Of a DNA stretch of 64,000 nt, positions 49,230-61,485 are shown in pieces. A model generated the notes under the pieces. That model was not told the DNA's origin. It was given only the letters and a program-made list of their open reading frames with translations, and did not search any database. The number at the start of each line of letters is the position of its first letter. Positions within the stretch are counted from its first letter, which is position 1. The stretch lies in the NCBI GenBank assembly GCA_012295275.1, contig CM022673.1:24056001-24120000 (forward strand), read 5' to 3'. A program made the position numbers and the translations under genes. This DNA comes from Chrysomallon squamiferum (lineage: Eukaryota; Animalia; Mollusca).

Positions 49230-50266
49230 TGTTTATGTATGTATGCACGAATATAATTAATGCCATAATGGTCATTATAACAATAATAAATAATTATATA
49301 ATCTTGTTAATGAACATTCTGTTTTCTGATTGTATAATTTTTTCCACCAGCCTCATAAAAGTTAATGGCAATATTTTATTTCTCAATGAGGAATGTTGCA
49401 GAATGATTCTTGGGAAAAACAGACATCAAATGATAGCATTTTCATATGTAGACTCCATTTCTTTTACATTGTGCTGTGTATTAATGAAGAAGTGTATTCA
49501 TTTTCTATGTTGTGTTTACCATAAAGATGAAACAAAAAACATGAACATCAAACTTTTTCCTGTATTATCATTTTTCCTGTATCTCATATTTAACATACCA
49601 GGACTTAATAAACATCCCTCTTGTTTTTTCTGGCTTTATATAATAATGTGATTAAATACTTATTTTCATAGTCATACTTAGAAAATATTGACACTGAGAA
49701 AATAGTTTTAAAACAGGTGAATATATGAAAATTAAGAATATAAGATAATGCCATACACTGCTACAATTACAAAATAACATACAATACATATAACTGATTT
49801 TTTACTTAATAAATAAAAAATAATAAAAAAAATAAAAAATTGCTTTTAAATAAATTACTGTATATTGTCTGACATTTAGTACATATAATATATAATATTT
49901 CTTCTGAATTATATATTTTATTTATAAATTTATTTCAGAGTTGTATAAAAATGAAATGTTACCTGTTACAAGCACTGCTTTGTTTCCCACTGGCAAATGA
50001 CTGGCAGGTAGAATTGAATAAATAAACAAGCAGCCCAGAGCAAAAGTAACAACACCTCCAGGTCCTTTAACAAGAAACTGACATAAAGGTTCACCCAAAA
50101 ACAAAACAATTAAACTTAACAGAGATCTAAAACCAAATCTAAATTCATTTGTTAAAAATTTCGATAATACTGCCATAGCGAAAACAACAGTAACACTGGA
50201 ATAGAGGACTGAATACACAATGATATTGTCATAGGACATCTCGGCAGATAAATCCACGACATCCAT
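45758..50266 (-). CDS. Membrane-anchored short-chain dehydrogenase/reductase, SDR9C-like (BDH1/RDH/HSD17B2-type), 6 coding exons
   Basis: Exons at about 49963-50266, 49005-49132, 48620-48705, 47436-47618, 46630-46767 and 45758-46101. Hydrophobic N-terminus, then KAVLVTGCDSGFG (TGxxxGxG), LQLDVT, GLWGIVNNSG, GRIVNVSS, catalytic YSMSK (YxxxK) and SIIEPTGF. Confidence 0.92.
46130..46440. repeat. Degenerate tandem repeat of about 64 bp next to the last SDR acceptor
   Basis: Recurring 'aaataaaacttttaaaataaa(t/c)actt..at.tcat.aga' at about 46145, 46226, 46297 and 46381. Confidence 0.75.
47594..47997 (-). repeat. About 103-bp tandem repeat (4 copies) that includes the SDR exon-4 acceptor and first codons
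   Basis: Unit 'gagttgttaacaattccccacaaacctgca...actagttaattacatatatttacttataa(ac)n' at 47594, 47697, 47800 and 47924. The first copy is the genuine exon/intron boundary. Confidence 0.95.
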
Positions 50267-50495
50267 TGTGATTGGAAAACTCACTTTTGAACAAAATAAT
50301 TAAATCGCTAATCGTCTTTTAGATTAAACGACACCTACAGCGTATTTGGTCACATCTGCTAAGAGGCCCTGACATTTATCGCCATTTTGCAACAGTCGCC
50401 ACCATCGAAGTGTTCTGCTCATATGTATTGGTTAGTTTCTGAAACGTCTTTGTACTGATAGCAGGTATTGGCTGTCACCGGAAAGTGTTATAAAA
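50267..50495. promoter_or_regulatory. Bidirectional promoter region between the SDR gene and EMC10
   Basis: The divergent ATGs are about 230 bp apart. It has two ATTGG (CCAAT) boxes near 50427 and 50467, ETS-like CCGGAA near 50478 and YY1-like CGCCATTTT near 50380. Confidence 0.6.
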
Positions 50496-51026
50496 ATGGC
50501 TGCGCCCAGTGAAAACACGGTGGTCGGTCTTTTTCTGGTAATAATCTGCGTATTTGGTGAGATTACAGGCGTAAGTATTGTTTCGGTGTTTTATATAATT
50601 ATAGTTAATCAGATGGCGCTCAGTCGGTAGCTACGAAAAACACCTGATCCTCAATTTTCTCTGACGACAATGTGTTGCCCCTGTAGTCTGTAGATTAGTG
50701 GTAAGAGGCCCCCAAAAGGCTAAGCATAAAATGAAAAAACTATCTTAATTAGTATTAATATTATATTTATATAAATTTATCCAAGTGTGTGTGTGATTAA
50801 ATTTCCACTGATTGGATATTTAAAACTATGTTAAAAAGAAATTGTATTCTTGACCAGGTTTTAATCTGAATATTACCTCTTTAAAATCATTGAATGTAAT
50901 TATTATTCAGGGATAAATAACTAACAAATATGATTTTGTCTCCTGTGAAAAAGCATCAGATATTATCAGCACAAACAAAATAATAATAACAACATATTAA
51001 TTAATAATAAAATAATTTAAAATGCA

Positions 51027-51074
<48 letters not shown>

Positions 51075-52211
51075 TTGTTTTGCAGTAAATTCTTTAAACT
51101 ATATTTGAATTATTATCCTTCTATAATAATGGTTACCCACAACTGAAATAATAAAAAAGAAAGTTAAAACAAAGCTAATGTAAGACAATTAATAAATTAA
51201 CAACTTGTACATATTGCAGAAAAAAGAATATAGCAGTATTCCGAAACTGTTTTTAGTTCCTACTAATGTAGCTTGTCTTTTTAAATAATTAGACATTATT
51301 TCTTTCCAGTTTCACCATAAATAATATCATTATACTGGTATAAATTATTAAAATGATTTAATTTTGATATAAAATTTTTTTGTTAAAAATTCAAAAAACT
51401 TATGAATTCAAAACATATATATTTAAGTTCTGTAGCTGTAAAAGACATTAGACTTATAATGTAAAGATTAATTAAAGTCATGTACCATTTTATTTTTAAT
51501 CTCAAGTATGTGGGGGTTGTAGTGATAAAGTTCAACTGATAAATTGTTATTATCATCTGGCACTCTGCTGATTCAAGAGGTTGTTGAACTATGTTAGTTG
51601 TATTCAGGACCATCTAATCCCAAAGGTTGCAACCCAGGGGCACAAAAGTATTGAGGGTGGGAGTGTTATGCGAAAATATTGTTAATAAAATAAATGCAAC
51701 AAAATATATTTATCAAATTGGCATAATTTTTATATTGTTTCTTTTGCATTTCATATATTTTTTATTTATTTATTTGTCTTATTTGAATATCACAGAAGCA
51801 AAAAGACTACTTTTTTTTTACATATTAGATACACAATGAATTTGCCATGCTCCTGTGTGCAGTTAAAGAGCATTTCTTTGGTAATGCATTACATAGTGTA
51901 CATCTCTGTATATACATCGACCAGCCCTAATTGTGTTATATAAAGTATAAAACTACAGAGATAAATTTTTATTTTCTCCTAAAGTTTTACATTTTTTCTC
52001 CTAAAGATTTGTGTTGTTTTATTTTATTTTTTATTTTTTTTATTTTTTGATATCATAGAAAACATGGCTGATATTTCTTTGAAGTGTATTCAAAGCCTAA
52101 AAATATTGCAAGTATATCAGGATAATTTCTACAGCTGTTTTATTTTAATTTAATTTAGTTTAATTTAACTTTTAGTTTGGTTAGTTTTTGTTTTTGTTTT
52201 TTGTCTGTTAA

Positions 52212-52290
<79 letters not shown>

Positions 52291-54075
52291 TACACGCACA
52301 TTTAACAAATATATATATAATATTTAAAGGATTTTTTTTGTTTTCTGTTTTTCCCTCTAAGGCTGATGATGAATTTGAAGGATCCAGAGCACTGATTGTT
52401 GAACACAGTTTTGATTCAGGTATTACACAAGTTACTTTTTATCTGTTATTTCTAATTGATGCATACACTTTTATATAATATATATTTTATATTTGATATT
52501 TTATTTAAATGTTGTTTCAACAAAATGAGTACAATAAATTTTTGATTCTGAAAATCTAAATAATATAACATTAAACACAGCTTTTAAATAAAATATTATT
52601 AAATAGAACATGTATGAATTAAAAATAAAATTGTTAATGATTTCACTTTGTTTCAGATGTTCAGCCTTTGTACACCAAGCGTGGTACAATATTTGTACAG
52701 TCATTGAAAGGAAACAAAGCTCGATTCACTCAGAGTGCAAGTCTGTCTTCTAGTGAGAGGAAATCTCTCAAAGTAAGAATTAAATTTACTCTTCATAACA
52801 TTTATCCTTAATGTTCCCACTAATTCTATCATTAATTCTTGCATACATATCGTTTAACATATATCTACATATCATTTTAATGTTGTATCTACAGATTATT
52901 GTATTAGATTGAGAGGTATAATCAATACTCTATCAAGTATTGTCTGGTTTATATCTCTGATATTGTGTTTTAAATGTTGTTTCAGGATCTGGCCAGCAGT
53001 AATGGTTTATACAGGATCAGAGTGTCTGTCAAAGATGGAAGCAAAGACATACCAGATAAAGAATATGTTTCCACTTTTACAAAAGCAGTATGTTGTTCTT
53101 GGTTTTATTTATTTATTATTTTTGTGTTGTTTTTTTTGTTTTCTAATGGGTATTAGAAATTTTTAATAATACACAAAGATGCATTTGCACATTACAGTCT
53201 GACAACATACAAAAAATACTCAAAAATATATACTCCCACACTGATATCTGGTTACTGTGCATATCCATAAAAATGGAGATATAATCACAAATAATACACA
53301 CACACATTCACACACACTAACACTTCAGTATCCACTGAGAAACACATTGTTCATACACATTTTTTACATTTTTACATTTCAGTGTTACATATATGAGTCG
53401 GGTCTCAATGATCAAATCACAGTCAATTTTGATCCAACCGGTGAAGTGTTAGGAATCTCAATATCAACGTCTGCCAACTCATGCATTGGTGCGGACATCA
53501 GCAGTTCTAACCTGACAAACTGGAAAACTGCTGTGGATGTTGTTCAGACAGTGGTGGGACCCATGTAAGAACAAGCTACATTTTACCTCAGTCTTTATTT
53601 TGTTTTTGTATTTACTTTATCTTTCACAATTATATTATAATTTTAAAACTCATGTTCTGTTTAATAAGCATTATTATTTGAAACCATCTGTTAAGCTTTC
53701 ATCCATCCATACATCCATCAGTTCCATCTATGCTACCACAAGTCTGTCCATGTCTAAGTACTGTCTGACTGAATTTTTAACTTAGTATTCTTAGATTTTA
53801 TCTGTGTATCCATCTGTCTTTTTGTATGTCTGTTTATCTATCTATCCATTTATCTATATTTGTATATTTGTCTATCTATCTAGTAACCTATTTTAAAATA
53901 TATTTTAGGTAGTTATTTTGTTATTGTTATTTTGTTTTGATACAGTAGTCTGATTGTTTGTTTTTAATGCATAAACAGGCCAGACACACAGAGCTACATA
54001 GACAAACTGAAGAGAGAAGAGGCAGAGAAAGGAAAGGGGCAGCAAGGAGACAATCGGTCTTTTTTTGGCAAATAT
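50496..54075 (+). CDS. EMC10: ER membrane protein complex subunit 10, exons 1-6 (terminal TM exon not in the window)
   Basis: Signal-peptide exon 50496-50570, then 52362-52419 (LIVEHSFD), 52657-52772 (YTKRGTI), 52986-53087 (NGLYRIRV..YVSTFTKA), 53383-53564 (CYIYESGLNDQITV) and 53979-54075 (PDTQSYIDKLKREEAEKGKGQQGDNRSFFGKY). All are phase-compatible. The family continues WMYI..., which I could not find behind an acceptor before 64000. Confidence 0.9.
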
Positions 54076-54760
54076 GTAAGTACACATTATTTATTTTATA
54101 TAACATGTTGTAATATACATAATTATTTATTTTATATAACATGTAATATATGTAAGAACACATTTACTTTATATAACATGTAATATATGTAAGTTCAGAT
54201 TATTTACTTTATATAACATGTTGTAATATTTGTAAATACAGATTATTTACTTTATATAACATGTTATAATATATGTCAATAATTATTTATTTTATATAAC
54301 ATGTTATAATATATGTGAATACACATTATTTACTTTATATAACATTATAATATATCAAATTATATATTTTATATAACATGTTAATATATGTGAATACACA
54401 TTATTTTATATAACATGTTATAATATTTGTGAATACACATTATTTATTTTATATAACATTTATAATATATGTGAATACACATTATTTTTTTATATAACAT
54501 GTTAATATACATAAGTACATGTTTATTTTATAAATAGAATAAATATATGTAAATATACATTATTTATTTTATTACATGATGATATATATAGATGAATATA
54601 TTTTTATTTTATAAACATTATAATATGCTATTTATTTTATTACACAATATAACTTGTTATGACATCTGTGAATACACTTTTTTTAAAATTATATTATATA
54701 ACATGTTGTAATATACATGAAAACATTTTATTTATTTTGTTACCTTATGTAGCACGTTAT
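54070..54760. repeat. AT-rich minisatellite, unit about 40 bp, beginning at the EMC10 exon-6 donor
   Basis: More than a dozen degenerate copies of 'atatgt(g/a)aatacacattattta(c/t)tttatataacatgtt(g)ta'. Confidence 0.9.
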
Positions 54761-57413
54761 AATATGCATGAATATGTTTTATTTATGTTATTATTCTTCT
54801 GTACCATAATCACATCAAATTTACCTTTCCACATGTTACAGTTATATCATCCAGAAAGAAAAATAGTTATAGTTAAATATAGATGATGTTTTATTCATTT
54901 TGTTTATAAACATTGTCAGGAATATTAGTAGTAAGTTCCTAATATCAAAATAATTTACTAAAAACTTTCACTTAATATATTTTTATAACCTACTGCTCTT
55001 TAATTTCTCTCCTCTGTGGTTAAAGTGTTCAGTCAACAGTGTCTGAATTGGTTATAGTTTTTATTTTATTTTATTGGATTTAAGTGTGAGTTCATTGACC
55101 TTAATAAGTTTACTGCCACTGAAGTCCTTATATTGACTATAAAAATATTATAAAGTATTACCATAGTAACAAGATTATGCTGTTCTAATCATCACACTAT
55201 TTAATTATATTACCTTTAGTTTATCCTGAAGAGGTTAACATTAAGCAAAGCAAAAAAAAGTCCAAGAAAATTGGCATATGTGTGCAAAAGGCCAGACAGA
55301 CTGAGTCTATAAAGTTTTTCCAACAAGTCCTTTAAGATAGTATTAAAGAGTTGCCTGTTGTTAAGCTGAGTAGATATGACATAGGTGTGATAATAGATAA
55401 ATTTGTTATAGAAGAAAAATCATCATTTTGTTCATGTTAAAATATCTACAACAAATCTATGATTAAGAAGATAGGATATCTAAAAAAGAAAGAAACAAAG
55501 TAAGTAAATAAATAAATAAAGTTAAAAAAAACAAACACCACCAACAAGAAGAGATAATTTGCATGATAATTTACTTTCTAACATAATAAGTAAAGTATAA
55601 GATGGGCATTTAGGGTTGATTTCATTTCATATTTGAGTGAGTGAAAAATAAAACTGTCTATAAACTGGAACATTTTGTTAGATTCAGTCTGGTTTAGACA
55701 AGGATTTTCTTCATGTATCAGACAAAATACAACAACACTATAATAGTAATACAGTTTGTTTATTGCACAAAGACTGATAAAATAAAAATGTAACGATTAA
55801 TACAAAAACAGAACATCTCACAACATGATTTTGTCAAGAGTTACCTGGCAGTTTGTTCTAACATCATTACTCTTATAAAACACATATTTTTATATCTTTG
55901 TTAATATAACATTCATGAGGTCATGCACGTGCACACATAATTCACACATGCTCACACTCACACACACATTCTCGCAACCACACCCACACCCAAACACACA
56001 CACACATACACACATTCATACATTCACATAAATACAATATATTAAATAGTTTTATGAAGGCCAAGTCAGTTAGCATGGATAAACATTATTTATCACTTAT
56101 TTGCGTGTTTCTGTAGACAACACGCAGGTATAATAATGGCACTAGATAACAAATTTGTATCAACAACAAAAATAAATAAACAAACAACATCCTGCCAGCC
56201 AGTTTCATACCCGTTTTCCTATTTTTTTTTTTTTTTTTAAATCTTTATCATGTGTTCCAGCACATAAAATCAACCATTTTTACATACATTACATATCCTT
56301 TTTAATCATCACATTTTTTCTTTTTTATCACACTTTCTTATTTCATCATGTCATCATATTGCCATACTAATGTCACATATATGTGTGTGTTACTGTCCAA
56401 ATTTTGATGTCACCACAATATTGCCACACCAAGCACAGGTTAATTTTCACTTTCTAAACGTTTCACTCACACCTACAAGCATATATACTCCAACACTGAA
56501 CTTTCTAAATAATGAATATTTTATTTTTATATTCATCATGCAATGTGGGTTTTAAACTATAAAAAGTAAATTATAAAGTTTTAAATTATAAAATTTTAAA
56601 AGTGAGAACTTTCTTAAATCTCTGAGTACAGTTTTTTTTTGGACTGAAGGATCAGTCTTTTTTAAGGTACCTACAGTTTAATATCCAGTTCTAGCCATGG
56701 CTCATTGCTGGTGTATCAATATATCAGTAAAGAAATAGTCAAATACTGAGTCCTTTCCTATCTTAAAGCAAGAAACATGTTATATATATTTTGTTTAACG
56801 ACAGGAAACAGTCTTTTCTAATAATAAAGAATAACAAGACTGAGATGATTTAAAAAGAATGGAATTATTTCTTAGATTGTGTTTATAAGAAAGATATTAA
56901 ATAAAGTTAACAGGTTCTGTAGTTTTGCTAACAGTTAGTAACTTTTAACTTTTTTCTTTAAATGAATAACATTTTAAAATGTATTTTTCTGTAGTTAATT
57001 TTACCATTTGTGTTGTATTGTTGCATAAAACTCTGTGACAGTAGTTTACAGTCTGTAAAATTTTTAAAAATTTGTTTTTAAATTTATTTGATTTATTAAT
57101 TTCTTGTGTTGCCCTACCCTCAGAAACAATCACACTGATGCTTTGTTAGAATGTAGATAATATTTTCCAATCTCCATTTTCAACTTTAACCTTTTTCACC
57201 TGTCAGTTTTGAATTTCAAACTTGTGAATTAATATTAGCGTTCTCAATATCATTGATTCTAATATCGTGGATCTTTTGTCATGGATCATTGTAGATCATC
57301 AGTCCTGCTGGATCTGTGGATCATTCTGGATAATAAATCCAGTTGGAAATTTTTTTGTTTCAGACATGTCTTGGATTTGTGTGAATAGCAATGCAGCACT
57401 AATCCAGTTAGAT

Positions 57414-58811
57414 TCAGTTATATTGATTCCTTTCTAAATCAGTTTCAGAAACCTTTTTTCCTTTATGGTAACATAGTAGTTTAATTTGCTCCACATCAAA
57501 TTTAGGTTTTATGTGTCTGTTATACTGGACATTCTCTAGACTTTCTGTTAACCCTTTTTGTGCCTCTCGAACAAATGAAACTTTGTAGTCACGGAAACTT
57601 GTGAGACTTGAAGAAGACTCCTGAGGTCGACGAGAAAAGCGGATTACCTCCCTTGTGGAACTCCGGTGCAGTTTTGTTGGCGGAACGCAGCAGAATATCT
57701 CCTTGTACGTGCGACAGAACTTGGCACTGAATGCCATGTAGATGATGAAGTTTATCGATGAGTTGACGGTTTCGAGAAAGTACGTGACACTGGAGATGCA
57801 GGCGTAGAGATTCCTGTTTCTGCCGAGTCGCGAATACTCCTGCCATATCTGCGAACACGTGTTGTTGATTGCACCTGGAAGAATACAGATAACGAAAACA
57901 AACGAAACGATGAGCAGCATGACCGTGATGCGGTTTTGCTCGTACTGTTTGGTGTTGTTGCTGCTTTTGCTCATGATGCGGCGTAAATTCCACGTTTTAC
58001 GAATGGCTTTGATGATGAGAATGTTGAGAATGATGAGAACTACACAGGGCAGAAACCGAAAGAATATGTTCAGGAAAATTCCGTAAATAGTCTGAAACTG
58101 GTTGTCGCGACCGAGAGCTGTTTTCCGCAGTTCGAGGACGAAGTTTGTCTGGTTGTTGACTGTCACCTGTTTGTAAGAAGACCGGTACTTCAACACGAGA
58201 GGTATGAATGTTATCGCTGTGATCGTGTAGATGACAAAAATGGCAACACACGTCAGTCTCTTGCTGCAGATTCTCTTCGCTTTCATTGGACAGTAGACAG
58301 CAATGAATCTGTCCACACTGAGCATGCTCGTCAACCACGACGTTATCCTGGCCGTGACCACGCTCCCGTAAGCTCCTAGAACAGGGTACGTCAAGATGCG
58401 CAGGTTCTCTCCCCTGATCGGGTCACGTGACTTGTAGATGTTGATGATGGCGAACCAGAGGCTGTGAGAGAGGAAGAGGAGGTCGGAGAGAGCGAGAGCA
58501 GCCAGGCAGTAGTTGGTCGTGTTTCGCATTCGGTGGTGGACAAGCACCACGATGCTGAGAATGTTGCCCATCGAACCAAAGAGAGAAAACATTGGAATGA
58601 GAATCATACCGAACACAAAGAGAAACTTTCTCACTGACGTCTTTGAGGCAAATATCTCCTCCTCTCTGTGGAACAGTGGCACCTCTGTCGAGTGGGTTAG
58701 CAGGTTAGCGCTGACGTTTGAGTTCTGAGTGAGGAAGTTGTCATAGAGGTTCATGATGAGCGAGTAGTTGTCGCTGGAGTTGAGAGGAAACATAGCGTCA
58801 GACAGATTCAT
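57414..58811 (-). CDS. Rhodopsin-family 7TM GPCR, FMRFamide/sex-peptide-receptor-like; single-exon CDS, 465 aa
   Basis: N-terminal N-glycosylation sequons, seven hydrophobic segments, GN in TM1 (GSMGNILS), LALSD in TM2, DRF after TM3 (SVDRFIAVYCP), CILP in TM6 and NSSINFIIY in TM7. An acceptor at 58930 indicates an upstream non-coding exon. Confidence 0.92.
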   Translation of the reverse strand: MNLSDAMFPLNSSDNYSLIMNLYDNFLTQNSNVSANLLTHSTEVPLFHREEEIFASKTSVRKFLFVFGMILIPMFSLFGSMGNILSIVVLVHHRMRNTTNYCLAALALSDLLFLSHSLWFAIINIYKSRDPIRGENLRILTYPVLGAYGSVVTARITSWLTSMLSVDRFIAVYCPMKAKRICSKRLTCVAIFVIYTITAITFIPLVLKYRSSYKQVTVNNQTNFVLELRKTALGRDNQFQTIYGIFLNIFFRFLPCVVLIILNILIIKAIRKTWNLRRIMSKSSNNTKQYEQNRITVMLLIVSFVFVICILPGAINNTCSQIWQEYSRLGRNRNLYACISSVTYFLETVNSSINFIIYMAFSAKFCRTYKEIFCCVPPTKLHRSSTREVIRFSRRPQESSSSLTSFRDYKVSFVREAQKGLTESLENVQYNRHIKPKFDVEQIKLLCYHKGKKVSETDLERNQYN

Positions 58812-59043
58812 TGTCGTCCTCTTCTCCCGATTTCACAGGTTTTTCATCATTTCCCATAATTCTCTACATGTCGTTTACTTCAAACTTAGATCCTGGAAGT
58901 TGTTCCGTTCATGGTTTGTGTCTGTTTATCTGAAAAATAAAAATAATATCATTTGTGAATGTAACAATGATTTTATAATATAGTAGACTATATGTTTTGT
59001 CTGAAAATGTGTGCAGGTAATAGTTTTGTATATATCTCTGTGT

Positions 59044-59081
<38 letters not shown>

Positions 59082-59540
59082 TTACTTTTGTGAGAATCCG
59101 TGTATGCATATGTGGTTTGTGTGTGTATAAGTGTATTTGTGCTATGTGTATGTGTGTGGTATCTGGGTGTATGGTTTGTGTGTGCGTGTGTGTCTCTGTC
59201 TGTGTATCTGTGTGTGTATGTATGAGTAGTTTGTATGTTTGTCTGTCTGTGTTAACATACTATATGTGTGTGTGTGTGTGTGTGTGTAAAACACACACCC
59301 AAATATAATTAATGTTTTTATTATGACCCTGTTTACAAGCAATGTTTTATATATCTTTACATGTCTCCTGTGATACCTATCTGATGAAATGTAATATTTA
59401 TGAGTTATTAGATAATTTTAGCTGGTGTAATATACAACTGATAATAAGCTGGGTAATGTTGTAAAACCAAGTTAATGGCCAACATATCTGTTTACTGTTA
59501 ACGATGTTAATGTTTTTATTGTTATTTTAAAATAAACATT

Positions 59541-59595
<55 letters not shown>

Positions 59596-60699
59596 GTCTT
59601 TATTTCAGTGTCATGGTTTTTACAACAGTTGAGATGAAGTAGTGAGTCAACAGATGTGTATTTTATGTGTTTTACCTCAGACAAAAATTACTTTTCAACT
59701 ATCTTTAATGTGTTTAAAATTAGGAAAAAATGTTTATTTCGACTTATAAATCAGTGTGTTTATTTTGAAACTGTCAACTTTTGCTAAATATATCAAGAGT
59801 TTCAAAACTGATACATACATTTTTTTTCGGTGAAAAAACATTTCTCATTTTAGCAGTGTGTTCTTGAAGCATTTATCAACATAACAGCCATTTCTAATCT
59901 TTGTATATTTTTACAAATTTCCGTCTGTGGGTATGTCTGTCTGTCTCTGTGTCTGTCTGTCTGTGTCTATACATGTGGATGATTCTGTTTGGATCTGTCT
60001 GTGTATGTCTGTCTCTCTCTTTTGATGAGGTTATTATCCTTTCGGTTACTGCTTCTCTTTTCTGTAATCACCATTTTTTTTTTTTCTTTGCCGATCTCTT
60101 TATGTGTTTATTTATTTATTTATTATGTTAGAATAACTATGTATTTGTGTTTTGAATTAGAATTGGTTATGAAATGAAAACATCAGGTAGAAATATTTAT
60201 ATTATCACTGACTTCCCAGTAACCACCTATCACCTGTCAGACATTGTGTCTACTTTGCTTATCTCAGTGAGAATTAAAAAACAGCTTCACATGAAACCAC
60301 AAACAGCAAAAAAGTAAATAAAAGAAGAAGAAGAAAGAAAAAAAAAAAAAAAAAAAAAAAGTACCAAAAGAATTTTTATATTTTTATTTATTTTTTTATC
60401 TCTCCTGCTGGGCTATTTTTGTAATCTGTCTGTTTTCGCTGATAATGAGAAATGAAGGATCAAGCTAAGAAAGTGGAAATTAAACTAAGGTGAACCTACC
60501 TATCACTGGGAGTCTATCAGGGTGGTGTGCAGTAATTTGTGTATCACACGACTCAGTAATTTACAAAGCAGAAAATCTGTACACCTAACAGTAAAGTATC
60601 AAATAGTTTAAATATTGCACCCTCAGCCATCAGTCTTGTAGTGCTAAGTGTTACATCATCTGCTTTAACACCATGTCCCAAATGTAATTATTTAGTTTC

Positions 60700-60749
<50 letters not shown>

Positions 60750-61149
60750 TGTGTAATTTATACATATAAATGTAAGTGTCTGTGTGTGTGTGTGTAAAAA
60801 GAAAATACTGGTATTTTTACAACATCAGTGCGATGGTTTCACAAAAACTTTGATAGCGTGACATCTCCGCCATTTTTACTTAAAACAAAACAACATGTCA
60901 ACTAAGTCGCACTAAGTTGTATTTCAGTTCTCAATAATGAAGTTGTCACAGCTGTCAAACACACTGTCGTTGTTATCTCACTTTATGGTCCACAGTCCAT
61001 AAACAAGTGAAAACTGAGTGGAGTGGAATCACATTAGATTAACAACAACATCCGTTACCACCATCAGCTGTCAGTTCCTGCTTGTTCCTTGTGTTAACAT
61101 CAACGTCTCCACAGTATTTATTGTACAGTATATTTCTATACAGTAATCT

Positions 61150-61485
61150 GTTGTACACATGCAAATCAGTAGGTTATTGTACAGCGGCAGTCAATATTTT
61201 TCACATGCAAATCAGTAGGTTATTGTTCAATCAATATTTTTCAGTAGGTTATTATTGTACAGATACAGTCACTATTGTTCAGTTGGTTATTATTGTACAG
61301 ATACAGTCACTATTGTTCAGTTGGTTATTATTGTACAGATACAGTCACTATTGTTCAGTTGGTTATTATTGTACAGATACAGTCACTATTATGCAGTAAA
61401 TTATTGTACAGACACAATCACTATTGTACAATAGGATATTGTACAGATACAGTCACATTTGTACAACAGATTATTGTACAGAAGG
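61150..61485. repeat. 39-bp tandem repeat
   Basis: Near-perfect copies of 'cagt(t/a)ggttattattgtacagatacagtcactattgtt' at 61242, 61279, 61318 and 61356, with degenerate flanks. Confidence 0.92.

Noticed and set aside
49145-49651. 168-aa ORF and similar VCVC, ERER, poly-L, poly-N and FIYL ORFs across the window
   Set aside because: Translations of microsatellites and T-rich intron sequence.
50612-50660. tRNA A-box-like GGCGCTCAGTCGGTAG in EMC10 intron 1
   Set aside because: No B-box or cloverleaf follows; at most a decayed SINE head.
57589-58728. Alternative-frame and antisense ORFs overlapping the GPCR (57589-57993, 57997-58338, 57859-58086, 58513-58728)
   Set aside because: Expected by-product of GC-rich codon usage; no recognisable protein features.
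59975-60040. TGG ATG ATT CTG (WMILFG...) as the missing EMC10 terminal exon
   Set aside because: No AG acceptor before TGG, and it lies in TG/TC low-complexity sequence.
61150-61485. Regular 39-bp repeats resembling a CRISPR array
   Set aside because: Head-to-tail units with no unique spacers, no cas genes, and a eukaryotic context.
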